Below are positions 1 to 12,005 of a DNA stretch of 64,000 bases, piece by piece. Every line of letters starts with the position of its first letter. The first letter of the stretch is position 1. The stretch is from Felis catus. Its lineage: Eukaryota. The position numbers were made by a program, and so were the translations under genes. The stretch lies in contig NC_058368.1 of the NCBI RefSeq assembly GCF_018350175.1, positions 2,852,001 to 2,916,000 of the forward strand, given 5' to 3'. The notes beneath the pieces are model-generated. The model ran no database searches, was not told where the DNA came from, and worked only from the letters and a program-made list of their open reading frames with translations.

Positions 1-2855
1 CCTGAAGAGAATGAGGGAAGGGCAATACTCATCAACCCTGAAGGTGGGCTCGTGGTAGCAGCTCTGTGGACGTGGGGCATCAGGAACTCTGTGGTGGCCA
101 CCGGACTCCTGTAGGGAATTCTTTACAAAGCACAGAGTTCTGCTTTGCTCATTTTGCCTTCCCTCATCCCTCACCTCCTTTTCTGTCTCAGCACTATTCC
201 TGTGGGCTAAACAGCCATAGAGGAATTGTGGAGAAGATCTTTGCAGGTCTAGAGGACTCCAGAAGGTCTGGGAGAGGAGAAGATTTCCCGGCTCGGAGAA
301 CAGTCAAACTTCCTTCCGCACGAACTAATCTTCGCGTTGAACACTTTGGAAACGCGTGAAAGGATGGACCCTGGGACAGATTGATTGCTTCGTGGGGAGG
401 ATGGCAAGGAGTGTGGTGTCCATAAGCCTGAGTGGCTGGGAAAGGGCCAGCTAATTGGCCCAAAAAAGGATGCTTAGCACCGAAGGAAACTCTGAGATGT
501 CTCTTTCCCAAGGGAAAATCATGTCCAGTGCTCCAGTCAGGTTTCCTGGAAGGAAAAGGCTTCAGAAGATTCCCATCAACATGAGGAAGGAACAACAAGG
601 GAGAAGGAAAGGGTTGGCACTCGGAAAGGTTTGGATCAGGCTTAAGCCACAGTTTAAAGTCCGGACTAGATTGGTCGGATAAAAAGGCAAGTAAGTGAGC
701 TGAATTTTCTGGAAGGAGCATACGAGGCAGAGAGACCAAGGTCCTTTGGAGGGTCTGGTGAAGGACCCAGAAGGAGGAGGTGAAAATCCAGGTGTAGATG
801 TACCATGAAACGGGCAGCCAAATATAACATGTCAAGGAGGGGGGTCACACTGTCAAAGTGACCCGAGGCGATTCGAGGTGATAGTGATTTTGAAGCAGTG
901 TGAGCTTTAAGTAAAAGAGTGTGTCCTCTTCCAAAGTTGTGGGCTTTTCTTTTGGGGAGCTCATTCAGAGTATGTCTGCTGGATCACTGTGGCAGCTACT
1001 CTGCCTTTGTAGTCGCTACTCTGCTTTTAACAGGTTTTGATCAAATGACTGCTTACAATGCATTTTATCCACATTGGTTTGCAGTCTGTCTCAAGGGAGT
1101 TTATTAACCTCTGGCTGTGCTGAGATTTTCTCCTGTCATGTGCAGAGAGCCCGTTGACCCATTCTGGTCACGGGACAGCTGCCATCAGCCAGGGGTCCGT
1201 GGATGTCAGCTTTAAGGGCCAAGGTTTTTGTAGCTGTGGCAAGCAGACTTTGGAACTGGGGTGCCTCAGAATTTGATGTCTGTGGTTCAAGGAGACTTTT
1301 GGCAGCCCTTTTGGGATCTGCTTGCCTGGGTTCACCTTCTGAAGCCTTTCCTTGTAGTTGGGCAGACAGCTGTACCACTATTGCTTCTGTGGGCACCCCA
1401 GGGGTAGGCAGCGACTCCATCAAGTGCCCCACTCCACACCTTCCCAGACCCTTCTGGACTTCACACGGGCTCATCTGCCTGAGCAGGCAGGGTAGGTCCC
1501 ATCGGAAGCTACCGTTGACTTGGGACCCTGTGGCCAAAGCGACTCACATAAAATAAATGGATTCTGCTCAGTGGAAGGCATTTCATAAGATGCACGTATA
1601 CAAAACATGGTCCTTGCCCTCCCTCCACTTCCCGACAACCTCGTTGGAAAGGCAGGGCATTTCCACTGAGAATGACAACCATACCATGCGGTTATGCTGA
1701 GTGCCAAATGAGTGGCACAAATCAGAAGAAGCTATTGAGTGTTTCGAAGGAGGGGGAGATCGCGGCGGCTGAACTCTTTAAAGAACGATGCATGGGGGGA
1801 GGTGGGGCAGGACCTGGTTTGAAAGAATGGGTGCTATGGGTAATATTTGAATAATATTTGATAACACGGATAATATTTGAAAAAAGCAAAGAAGGGAGAG
1901 GAAGACATTCCAGTCGGGGCTGTCACAAAAATAACTGTTGGTGACGGTGGGTCAAAAGACCCATTGGAACAGAACCTCTCTGCCAAGAAGGAAAGGCGAG
2001 GAGGGAGGGAAGCGTTCTCGGGGAATCCATGGCTCCTTCAAGGTGCTGAGGGTTGGCCCTTGTGTCTGTCAGCCATGAGGAGCCCCTGAAGGATTTTTAG
2101 CGGGTGAATGATTTGAACACCGTGTTATACAGGACAATCCGGAGTCAGGATGCCAGGTGGGTTGCTGTCCGGGAGATGTATTAGAAGGCCTTGTGAGGCC
2201 ATAATTCTCTATTGGCCACCATATTACCGCCTGACTAGTCACCATGGACCTGTTTCCCTTCACCCACTCTTCATTCCCTCCATTTCCTAATCTGCCTCCC
2301 CCACACCCCCACCCCCACACCACCCTGGATTTTAATTCCCCTCCGCCAGGCTATTCTGAAACCCCTCAGGATCTCAATTTTCTCTCGGTAGGCCTGAGAG
2401 ACCCAGCGGTCTGTACCTTGACCGGCAGAGTTCCTGGGAATTGAAACAGAAAATTTTGTGTGTGTCTTAAACCCACTCTACGTAAGAAATTAAAAAGATA
2501 CTTTTAAAACTGTGAGGGGAATTTCAATACTAGTGGCAATTGTAAAATCAAAATCAAGCTTATTGATGGCAAATTACTTCACCCTTCACATTCAAGCCAT
2601 ATACCTTCTGATGTGTCTTTTTGGTCAGATTTATTGCCGGGTGCACTCATCTCTCATTTTAATTTTTAAATGACGGATCATTCAGCTTCACTTCCATTGT
2701 GTTCATTTTTGTAATTAGCTCCCACTTGTGACAGGTGATCATCCTTTGCATTTTTCGTGATGGCAGGAAATCTCCTTTGGAAGTACATTGGATTAAAGAA
2801 ATAATTGCTCAACCTAGACAGAGTCGTTAAATATTAGACGGAGTACGGGTGTGCT

Positions 2856-2866
2856 AAAATGGCGGC
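2856..2866 (+). promoter_or_regulatory. YY1 consensus motif (AAAATGGCGGC) in repeat-poor sequence
   Basis: Exact match to the YY1 AANATGGCGGC consensus; motif only, no functional evidence. Confidence 0.3.
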
Positions 2867-4910
2867 ACACTGAGATGATTGAAGTTTGTGAAGCATTGCT
2901 CACAAATAACTCGGTTACGCCCTCCCTGCCATCCGCTAGCGAAGGTGGTGAAACCTGACTTGCCCTCCGTTCTGACGACTTTCCATACCGAAAGTGTCAG
3001 AAGGTACTAATAAGGGTCAGCTAGCTCTTGCCGGAGCCACGTGTCCCACTGTCTGTATACTCCGTAAGCAAGTTAAAGGGTTAGAACTTGACGTTGGTGT
3101 CTCTGGGGTATATTAGGCATGTTTTTGTTGAATGAGGGAATTGGCAATTGGCATTGCCTGAAGACTACCTCTAGAGAACTTAACTTTTGTTGTTGTTGCT
3201 TCTAGAACCATCGGGCCATAATTCTATAGATGCAGCTGAGTGCCCAACTCTTGAAAACTTTCAAAAGAATGAGGCCATTGGGGTGCATTCAGCGAGCTTG
3301 TGGGGTTTGGATCCCCGCGTTCTAACTTGCCGAAGCAGTTGCACACAACTGTGGGTCGGGGCAAAAATGACAGCTGTCCCATGGAGGCGGCCTGACCAGT
3401 TCTTACCTAGCTAACACTTTCTTTCTTCTTGCAGAGGAAAAAAGATTCTTGGAAAAGAGACAGAGCTGGTTCTTAGTTACTACTGGAAAAAATATCACAC
3501 CGAGCCCTGGATGTGAGCCACTATTTCCAATGGAAATACTGACTTGTAGCACTTGTGGCCTATTGTAAAATCTGGTGAAACGTGCATAAAAACCTTGCAT
3601 CTGGTTTGAGATTTATCTTTGCTACCAAGTCCGTCTGTCTGCATTTTTGACTCTGAGATGGCTGTTCATCCAGGGGTGAGAGGCTACCTCAAGGGGAAAA
3701 AAAAATTATCGGAAAAACGTAGAGAACGGCATTTTCTTTTGCTATCACAATGGCTTATCAAAACAGAAAATCTTTTCTAAACCAGCTGAGGAGAGATAAG
3801 GTGAATATGAGCTTATCATAATGAGTTTCAGGTAATAGCTTTCTTTTGGCCAACATGGCCTTCTCACATTGAACTTCATTAAAATAGGCTTTGGTGTAAG
3901 ACAAGGAACTTACGCGTGGAGGGTACTTTAGACTGAGTTCTGCAGAAGCCATCGCATTTGCTGCCGCGGCCCTGTTAAAGACGTGGTCTACTCTCCCTGG
4001 AGAGAGCGACTTTACTGTAAATCCTGGGAGAAGCTTTGCTGTCTTTGGGGAATAGCTTTTGTTTTTCTTTCTGGAGAACACTGTTTTACAGTTCCCGTCC
4101 CTCCGTCCACTCGCTGTCGGTATAGGAGTTTATGGTCTGCGTACAGGCAGTTTATTTCCTGCCCGGTATTAGCAATCTATTCTAACTAAATTTTCCCTAG
4201 TCCTGGTTTGGTAAACTTGAATTGCCATTTTGCCATCTCATGGCGTGTATCTCTAGTTATCTGTTACAGATATTTTGTGAAATGGAGAGAGAGAGGCATC
4301 TGTTGTGCTTGAGTGTGGCATTCAACTTCGGGACGTTTGCTTATTCTGGTAATGAATGTCGGAATCCGTTGTGAAATGCATGCATTCCCCTGATTTCAAC
4401 GGCGATGGAGTGCACACATCCGTGCCTGACTTGGTTGTGAGGTTGACGAGAGTCGGTTTGGAATAACCCATCTGAATGTCAAGAAAAACGCTGCGGAGGG
4501 TGTCTCAGCTTCATCTGAGAAGGGAGCCTGGAGTAGGGGGGAAGCTTCTAGCATTGGTCGGGAATGTTGAGTTTGGAAATTCTGTTTGGAAGTAACAGCT
4601 ATGGAATGAGGGGCCCAGGGATGCTCCTTGGCTATGCCAGCTCTCCTGATGGGGATTCAGGACTCCAGGGCTCCCAGGAGCGAGTGCAACACGAAGACTC
4701 AGGAATATTTTCCCTGTTGTGATCATGCCTTCCATTTCTTCCTCTCCTCCTTGTCCCCATATTTCTTCTCTTTCTTCTTCTCCTTCTCCTTCTAATGTAT
4801 TTTGAATTTCTTCATTTTGTGCCTCAAATGTCAAATTCCTGTGCTACTTTTCTACTGCTGCTATGACGACTACCACAAATTTAAAGGCTTAAAACAACAC
4901 ATAATTTATT

Positions 4911-5682
4911 TTTTAATAGCGATTTAACTGACACGCATTACGGTAGTTTCCGGTGTACAACATCGTGATCTGATATGTGTGTCTATTGCGAAACGTTGAC
5001 TACACTAGGTTTAGTTAATATCCATCACCACACAGAGTTACAGCAAATGTTTTTCCTTGTGATGAGAACTTTTTGTGTGTGTGTGTTCAATTTTATTTTT
5101 TATTTTTTAAAATGAATGGATAAAGAAAATGTGGCATATATATATATACACACACAGTGGAGTATATGTATATATATATGTATATATGCACAATGATGTA
5201 TTACTCGGCAATTCAAAAGAATGAAATCTTGCCATTTGCAACTACGTGGATGCAACTGGAGGGTATTATGCTACATGAAAGTAGTCGGTCAGAGAAAGAC
5301 AAAAATCATATGACTTCACTCATGTGATGAGAGCTTTTAAGATCTACTCTCAGCAACTTTCAAATATACAGTATGCTGTTAATTACGGTTGCCATGCTGT
5401 ACATTACATCCCGTGGACTTATTTACTTTATAGCTGGATGTTTGTGCCTTTTGACTCCCTGCACTCATTTTGTTCCCTCCTACCCTCTGCTTCCGGTAAT
5501 CCCCGGTCTGTTCCATGCATGTATGACTTCATGTTTCATTTCTCTTTTAGATTCCACATGTAAGTGAGATCATACCACATTTGTCTTTCTCTGTCTGGCT
5601 TATTTTATTTAGCATAATGCCCTCAAAGTCCATTCGTGTCACAAACGGCAATATTTCCTCTTTTTATGGCCAAGTAATATTC

Positions 5683-5718
<36 letters not shown>

Positions 5719-5998
5719 CACATTTTCTCTCTCCGTTTATCCATCGGTGGGCACTTAGATTGTTTCCATATTTTGGCTACGGTAAATAAAGCTTCAATGA
5801 ACCTGGGGTGCAGATATCCCTTTGAGTTAGTGTTTTCATCTCCTTTGGATCAATACTCAGAAGTGGAATTTCTGGAAGCTCTATTTTTAATTTTTTGAGG
5901 AACCTCCATACTCTTTTCCAGAGTAGCTGCACCAGTTTGCATTCCCACCAACAGTGCCTGAGGGCTCCCTTTTCTCCACAACCTCGCCAACACGGGTG
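4911..5998 (-). mobile_element. 5'-truncated L1 (3' end of ORF2 plus 3'UTR) inserted in the MLT1
   Basis: Typical L1 antisense text (ttttagattccacatgtaagtgagatcat; gctgcaccagtttgcattcccaccaacagtg); near-TSD aaaacaacacataatttatt / aaagcaacacatatttatt. Confidence 0.85.
5073..5322. mobile_element. Short L1 insertion with inversion, nested in the older L1
   Basis: T-rich tail at left, then sense L1 text (aatgaatggataaagaaaatgtgg...gagaaagacaaaaatcatatgacttcactca); flanked by tgtgatgagaacttt / tgtgatgagagcttt. Confidence 0.75.
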
Positions 5999-6304
5999 AA
6001 AGCAACACATATTTATTACCTTGTAGTTCTGTAGTTCCGAGGTCTGACATGGGTCTCATGGGCTACAATCAAGATGTCCAGTAGGGTTGTATTCCTTTCT
6101 GGGGGATCTAAAAGCCAATCCATTTCCTTGCTTTTTCCAACTGCTAGAGGCCACCCCCATTCCATGGCTCCTATCTCTCTGTCTCCGTCTTCAAGGCCAG
6201 GATGTGGCATCTGTGTGCCTTTCTTCCATAGCCACATCTCCTCGCACTCTCTTCTACTTTTAAAACCCCCTGTGATTACGTTCAATCCAGGAAAATCTCC
6301 CTCC

Positions 6305-6534
6305 TTATTTATTTATTTTAATTTTTTAAAATGTTTATTTCTTTATTTTGAGACAGAGAGAGAGAAAGCGGGGGAGGGGCAGAGAGAGGGAGGGAGAGGG
6401 AGAGAATCCCAAGCAGGCTCTGCATCGTCAGAAGCAGAGCCGGATGTGGGGCTCGATCTCACGGGCTGTGAGATCATGACCCGAGCCGAAATCAAGAGTC
6501 AGATGCTTAACCGACTGAACCACCGAGGCGCCCC
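6305..6534 (-). mobile_element. Can-SINE (SINEC)
   Basis: Antisense SINE head ...caccgaggcgcccc, GA tract, T-rich tail. Confidence 0.93.
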
Positions 6535-6542
6535 CTCCCTAG

Positions 6543-6724
6543 TTTTTTAAATTGAAGTATGGTTAACACACAACGTTGCATCAGTTTCAGGTGCACACCA
6601 CAGCGACTCAACAGCTCTGTATGTTACGCTGTGCTCACCGCGGTAAGTGTAACTACCATCCGTCACCATGCGACGCCTCTTGACTGTATTCCCCATGCTG
6701 CACCTTTCATTCCCATGATGTATT
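6543..6724 (-). mobile_element. L1 3'UTR fragment
   Basis: ttttttaaattgaagtatggttaacacacaacgttgcatcagtttcaggtg is typical L1 3' end antisense. Confidence 0.7.
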
Positions 6725-7074
6725 AATCTTCCTACTTCAAGGTCGGCTGATTAGCAATCTTAATTCCATCTGCGACCCTTTGCCACATAATCTGACACAT
6801 TCACAGGCTCTGGGAATTAGAGTGTGGGCTTCTTTGGAGGACCTATCATATCATGCTGCCTACTGCAAATCCTAAATTAGGATAAATGCAGTTCAGGATC
6901 AATATTTGATATTTTTTGTTTTTTCTTCAAAAGCATCATCTTTCCTACCGGTTAGTATATGCATGAGGGGTGGGTAGAGGCACATAATCCAAATTACTCC
7001 TCTCTTCTCTCCAGTTTCTGATGACCCTTTTAGCCATTGCTTGGGAAAGGGGTGACCCAATCATAGATGAATTT

Positions 7075-7335
7075 TGATGACTGTGCATACCCATGTCATG
7101 CCCACCACGAGCAAGATATAGAACATTTCCTTCACTCCATACATTTTCCCCTGTGCTTCTTTTGTCATATCTCTCCACTCCCACGACATTCCTGATCTCC
7201 TTTACGTGACTGTGTATTAGTTTTGACTTTCTAAGAATTTCCTACGAATCGAATTGCACAGAGGTACTCCTGCTCCTGGCTTCTGTCGCTCTGCATGATG
7301 TTTTTGAGGTTCATTCATCTTATGGTGTGTGTCAT
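7075..7335 (-). mobile_element. Old L1M (L1MC/ME-like) fragment
   Basis: gatgaattttga...caagatatagaacatttcc...tttttgaggttcattcat. Confidence 0.55.
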
Positions 7336-7417
7336 ATCGACCTCAAATGACTTTGGAAAGAATAATGGGATAGTGCTCTTAGTGAACATACAGTCGTGCC
7401 TGACACATGAAGGCTCA

Positions 7418-7772
7418 CGTTTATTGAGTGCTTACTATGTTCCAGACTTCAAGACTGTAAGCCTTTCATGTGCGTTATTTTTTAAAGTTTTTATTTATTT
7501 ATTTTTGATGGGGAGGGGGGCGAGGGCAGAGGCAGATGGAGAAGGAGAATCCCAAGCAGGCTCTGTCGTGGGGTTTGATCTCATAAACCATGAGATCTTG
7601 ACCCGAGCCGAAATCAGGAGTCGGAAACTTAAGTGACTGAACCACCCAGGTGCCCCACATGCCTATTATTTTATCCACACTACTGACCTATAATAGTATA
7701 GGTGCTAATATTTGAGTTTTCACAGATGGCGAACCAAAGCACAGAGATATTCTGTAATTTTCACAAGGTCTG
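7418..7772. mobile_element. MIR remnant interrupted by a SINE
   Basis: tttattgagtgcttactatgttccag ... ttttcacagatggcgaaccaaagcacagaga (degenerate MIR core). Confidence 0.55.
7478..7656 (-). mobile_element. Can-SINE
   Basis: Antisense head accacccaggtgcccc and T-rich tail. Confidence 0.9.
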
Positions 7773-7978
7773 CCACTGAGAAGGGGCACAGAGGGAAGGG
7801 TAACTCACAAAACGGCCCCAGATCCCCACATGATGGTCTCTCTATCCACATTACACACCATGTATTGTATGCGAATGACATTAGCTACTGTTGGTGCTTT
7901 GTTGTTACCCACAAAGTAGGTATCTTGATATTTTATGGTGCTTCATTATGGGGGGTGAGCGTAAGGCATGGGGAAATA

Positions 7979-8185
7979 TTTTTTTTAATGTTTATTTATT
8001 TTGCGAGAGAGACAGAGAGTGAGCAGGGGAGGGGCAGAGAGAGAGGGAGACACAGAATCAGAAGCAGGCTCCAGGCTCTGAGCTGTCGGCACAGAGCCCT
8101 ACACGAGGCTTGAACTCAGGAGCTGTGAGATCATGACCTGAGCCTAAGTCAGACCTTAAAACGACTGAGCCACCCAGGTGGCCCC
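7979..8185 (-). mobile_element. Can-SINE (more diverged member of a tandem pair)
   Basis: Full SINE body ending cacccaggtggcccc. Confidence 0.93.
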
Positions 8186-8213
8186 AATTGTTTGCTATTA
8201 AAGGGGAACTCAA

Positions 8214-8418
8214 TTTTTTTAAATATTTATTTTTGAGAGAGAGAGACAGAGAATGAGCAGGGGAGGGGGAGAGAGAGAGGGAGACACAGAATCGGAAGCA
8301 GGCTCCAGGCTCTGAGCCGTCAGCACAGAGCCTGATGTGGGGCTCGAACTCATGAACCGTGAGATCATGACGTGAGCCGAAGTCAGATGCCTAACCGACT
8401 GAGCCACCCAGGCGCCCC
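8214..8418 (-). mobile_element. Can-SINE (felid type)
   Basis: Full body ending gagccacccaggcgcccc. Confidence 0.95.
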
Positions 8419-9574
8419 GAACGGGGAAATATTTTTTTGTCAAAATTCCGTAAGTTCTGCTTCAGGTCCTGAAAAGATCAGAACAATATTATTTAAAACA
8501 TCTTAATGCTACTTTGTTTTTTTTTTTTTTTTCTTTTTGAGGACAGCAGGTTGCAAAACAGAGTACATAAACTGTTCTATTTATAAAGCTTGATTAACTC
8601 AGGAATTTGTGAGGTAGTTTTGAGGAAACAACACCCATTCAGCTGTCCACAAAATTTGCAGACTTCCTCTGCTCATGCCGTTGTGTTTTTAAAGTATATT
8701 TTTGATTTTTTTTGTAATAGTCCTTTATTCAGAGAGAGCTGATGAGCATTTCTGAGTATCAGCATTAAGAGAATATAGTCCTTGAAGTGAATTATGAAGA
8801 TGTTTCATTGCTTAGGCAGAGATACATTTTCCAACTAACCTGAAACAATTCTCACTACTTATTTCATATTACATTATATAATGTTATGTATTCTCACATC
8901 TTCTGAACAGTCATGGGCCTTCCCAACTGTGCACACAAATGATGAGATTTTCCTAGATATTTGAACCGAAAAGCACTCTTGGGAAGGACTTTTGAAGCAA
9001 CTTCTCATTTTATCCAAGCTTTACCGGCCGAAGAACACACGGACACCACTTTCTTTTGCGGACAATTCTGCATTTCCATCTGTCTTTGTGTTTCTGTCAA
9101 CTTCTAGTCATTTTCTATCTTTCTTTGAAAGTTATTATTAAAGTGTGTGTGTGTGTGTGTGCACTAGACAAACGCTACTTTGTTTCCAAGTCTTTTTGCT
9201 GCTAAATTATTTTTGCTGTATCATCATCCAATTGACCTGAATTATGTACTGCTAAATTAAATTTCTTTCGAGGGAGTGATCTTTAAGATAGTATTATTTT
9301 CAGCTAATCTTTGTACCTTTTTAAGCTTGTTGTTTAAAGGACTATGTTTCTCAGGCCGAAAGGGTTTGGTTTAGTGATTTTTACTTTCCCTGCTAATATA
9401 GGGATCATTTTGGCATGGAAGAACGAAGAGGAAAAATAATCAGCTAGTGGAATCCCAGCCATTAATTAACTCACATTTTAAGATCAAGTTTACAAAGAAA
9501 TTCCTTCTTCCGTGACCAATGACAATAGACCCTTCCTCACGGTAATAACGAGGTAAGGGTGAAGCTCAGTGGCA

Positions 9575-9690
9575 CAAAGCAAGCCGTGTGCTAAAAGTCA
9601 AGTTTGACTCTTGCCTGTCGCTGACCAGCTAGGGGATATTGACAAAGCTCTGAGCTTCTCTGAGCCTCAGTTTCTCAGTCCGTGACTGGA
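9575..9690. mobile_element. MIR fragment
   Basis: ttctctgagcctcagtttctc MIR core. Confidence 0.55.
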
Positions 9691-10189
9691 AGGTATTTGA
9701 GTAGCTGGTCTGTATGGTCGAGTTCGGCTCTGAAACGCTCTCGATCTCTGATTACAATAGATCTTTTGGACTAGTGAGCTTCGGTTCATCAGAATCTTAA
9801 ATCAACTCTAGGTCATGGAAAAGACACGGACTTCTTTGCTCAGAAAAATGTGTCAAAACAGTATGAGTGAATACGAGGGTGGGCTCAACGTCTCATAATG
9901 ATTTTCGTTGTGGGACCCTTCCATTGAGCCCTAAATTAATGTGATGCAGTATTTCCCGGTATGCAGCGCTGTGTTTTAAGTCTCTAGCCTTTTTGTAAGG
10001 CGACTTCAAGCATTTCGAATACAGGTAAGGACTTCTACTGGGTAGAAATAGAAATCGGTGAGTCACATTCCGGTGAAGAACGCGGAGATCCAGGAGAAGA
10101 CTGAACTCTCGGTGTCTTTCAGTGTTCCTCTTTCATCGTTTCAGGAGCTCGATTGTACTGCATGGACATGGGGCAAATGACACCGGGAA

Positions 10190-10935
10190 GGGAAAGGCTT
10201 TGTGTCCGCACCTCCTGGGAAGGCCGTGCGGCTTCTTAATCGACAACCCTTTTGTCCTTTGAATCATGACCATTCAGAGGACACACGTTTTACGTGACAC
10301 AGAAGGACGAGTGAGCAGAGCATCAAAGAGGGCCAGGGCTCGGCCTGTCCTTGGAGGGTCTGGAGAGGAGGAGACAGTGAGCATCTCCCCAGACGGCGGC
10401 TGCGGCCAAGGTGGGCCTGGGGTGGCGGGCCGGGCCCTCGCGCATCCTCAGGGCACCTCGAGGCTGGAAGCACAGGCGACACCCCCACGGGAACAGGGTG
10501 ACGGGAGGACGGGGCCTCATGAAACCGCCGTTTTTAAGTTGCCAGTAACGACGAGGGAATCAGGGGTCCCTTCCTCACGACACACGTGTTTAGGGTGTCG
10601 GTCACGGTTGGATTTTTAGGCTTGCGTCCCTGTGACGCGCCCGCACGCCGGTGGCCTCTGTGAGCCCCAGGAAGCGGTGGGTCCTGGGGTACGGCCGGGG
10701 TGGGGTGGGGACAGGGAGAGGCCGGGACATGAGGCCCCTGGTGCCCCACAGCCTGTTCACACGGGACCTGCCACGGCGGCTCACGGGCCGGAAGGCTGGT
10801 TGAACGTGACTGTTGGTGATGCGCTAAAAGGCTAAGGTTGCGCTTTGAGAACCAGGCGCTAGTTTACGAGCAGCATCATTTCCCTGTCCTCTCGGGCTGC
10901 CGCAGTCCTTTGTGTATGTGCGGGGGGGGGGGGGG
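10190..10935. other. GC/CpG-rich block (CpG-island-like) ending in a long G run
   Basis: Dense CpGs (gacggcggctgcggcc; gtgacgcgcccgcacgccgg) against AT-rich flanks; G run at 10922-10935. Confidence 0.6.
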
Positions 10936-10936
10936 T

Positions 10937-12005
10937 GGGAGGGAGAGAAGGAGAGAGAGAGGAAGAGAGAGAGAGAGAATGAAGGAGAGAGAGGGAGACA
11001 GAGAGGGACAGAATGAGGGAGAGAGAGAGGGAGACAGAATGAGGGGGAGAGAGAGGGAGAGAGAGTGAGGGAGACAGAGAGAGAGAATGAGGGACAGAGA
11101 GAGAAAGGGGGAGAAGGAGAGAGAGAGAGAGAGAGAAGGAGAGCGAGAGGGAGAGAGGGAGACAGAGACTGTGAGACAGAGAGAGAGAGAGAGAGAGAGA
11201 CACGGAGGGAGAGAGAGAGAGAGAGAGGGAGAGAGAGACAGAATGAGAGAGACAGAGAGAGAGACAGAGAGAGAATGAGGGAGAGAGAAAGAGAGGGAGG
11301 GAGGGAGAGAGAATGAGGGAGAGACAGAGAGAGAGAGGGAGGGAGAGAGAGACAGAATGAGGGGGAGAGAGAGGGAGAGAGAGTGAGGGAGACAGAGTGA
11401 GAGAATGAGGGAGAGAGAGAGGGGGGGGAGAAGGAGAGAGAGAGAGAGAGAGAAGGAGAGAGAGAGGGAGAGAGGGAGAGAGAGACAGTGAGACAGAGAC
11501 AGAGAGGGAGACAAAGAGAGAAAGAGGGAGAGAGAGGGAGACAGAGAGGGACAGAATGAGGGAGAGAGAGAGGGAGAGAGAGTGAGGGAGACAGAGTGAG
11601 AGAATGAGGGAGAGAGAGAGGGGGGAGAAGGAGAGAGAGAGAGAGAGAGAGAGAAGGAGAGAGAGAGGGAGAGAGGGAGAGAGAGACAGTGAGACAGAGA
11701 CAGAGAGGGAGACAAAGAGAGAAAGAGGGAGAGAGAGAGAGTAAGGGAGACAGAGAGACAGAAAGAGGGAGAGAGAGAGGGAAAGAGAGTGAGGGAGACA
11801 GAGAGAATGAGGGAGAGAGAGACAGAGGGAGGGAAGGGGGAGAATGAGAGAGAGAGAAGGAGAGAGAAAGGGACAGAGAGGGAGAGAGAGAGAGTGAGGC
11901 AGAGAGAGAGAGAATGAGGGAGAGAGAGAAAGGGGGAGAGAGAGAGAGAGTGAGGGAGACAGAGAGAGAGAATGAGGGAGAGAGAGAGAGAGGGAGAGAG
12001 AAAGA
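10937..12005. repeat. ~1.07 kb GA-rich polypurine tract (expanded CT microsatellite of the adjacent SINE)
   Basis: Almost only G/A with recurring gacagaga and gaatgagg motifs; continuous with the SINE body. Confidence 0.95.

Larger units (their letters stand above)
4840..6867 (-). mobile_element. MaLR LTR (MLT1C-like), split by nested L1 and SINE insertions
   Basis: Pieces 4840-4910 (actaccacaaatttaaaggcttaaaacaaca), 5999-6300 (agttctgtagttccgaggtctgacatgggtctc) and 6725-6867 (cttaattccatctgc...cacaggctctgggaattag) are collinear with MLT1 consensus as remembered. Confidence 0.7.

Noticed and set aside
194..835. 213-aa minus-strand ORF
   Set aside because: No recognisable domain, no supporting splice structure, composition like random sequence
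5777..6010. ORF resembling an L1 ORF2 C-terminus (also 16107-16369)
   Set aside because: Frameshifted fragments of truncated L1s, already listed as mobile elements
9978..10030. Strong donor CAG|GTAAGG at about 10024 (also GAG|GTAAGG at about 9553)
   Set aside because: Nearby acceptors are weak and give 25 or 37 nt non-triplet exons; isolated donors are common
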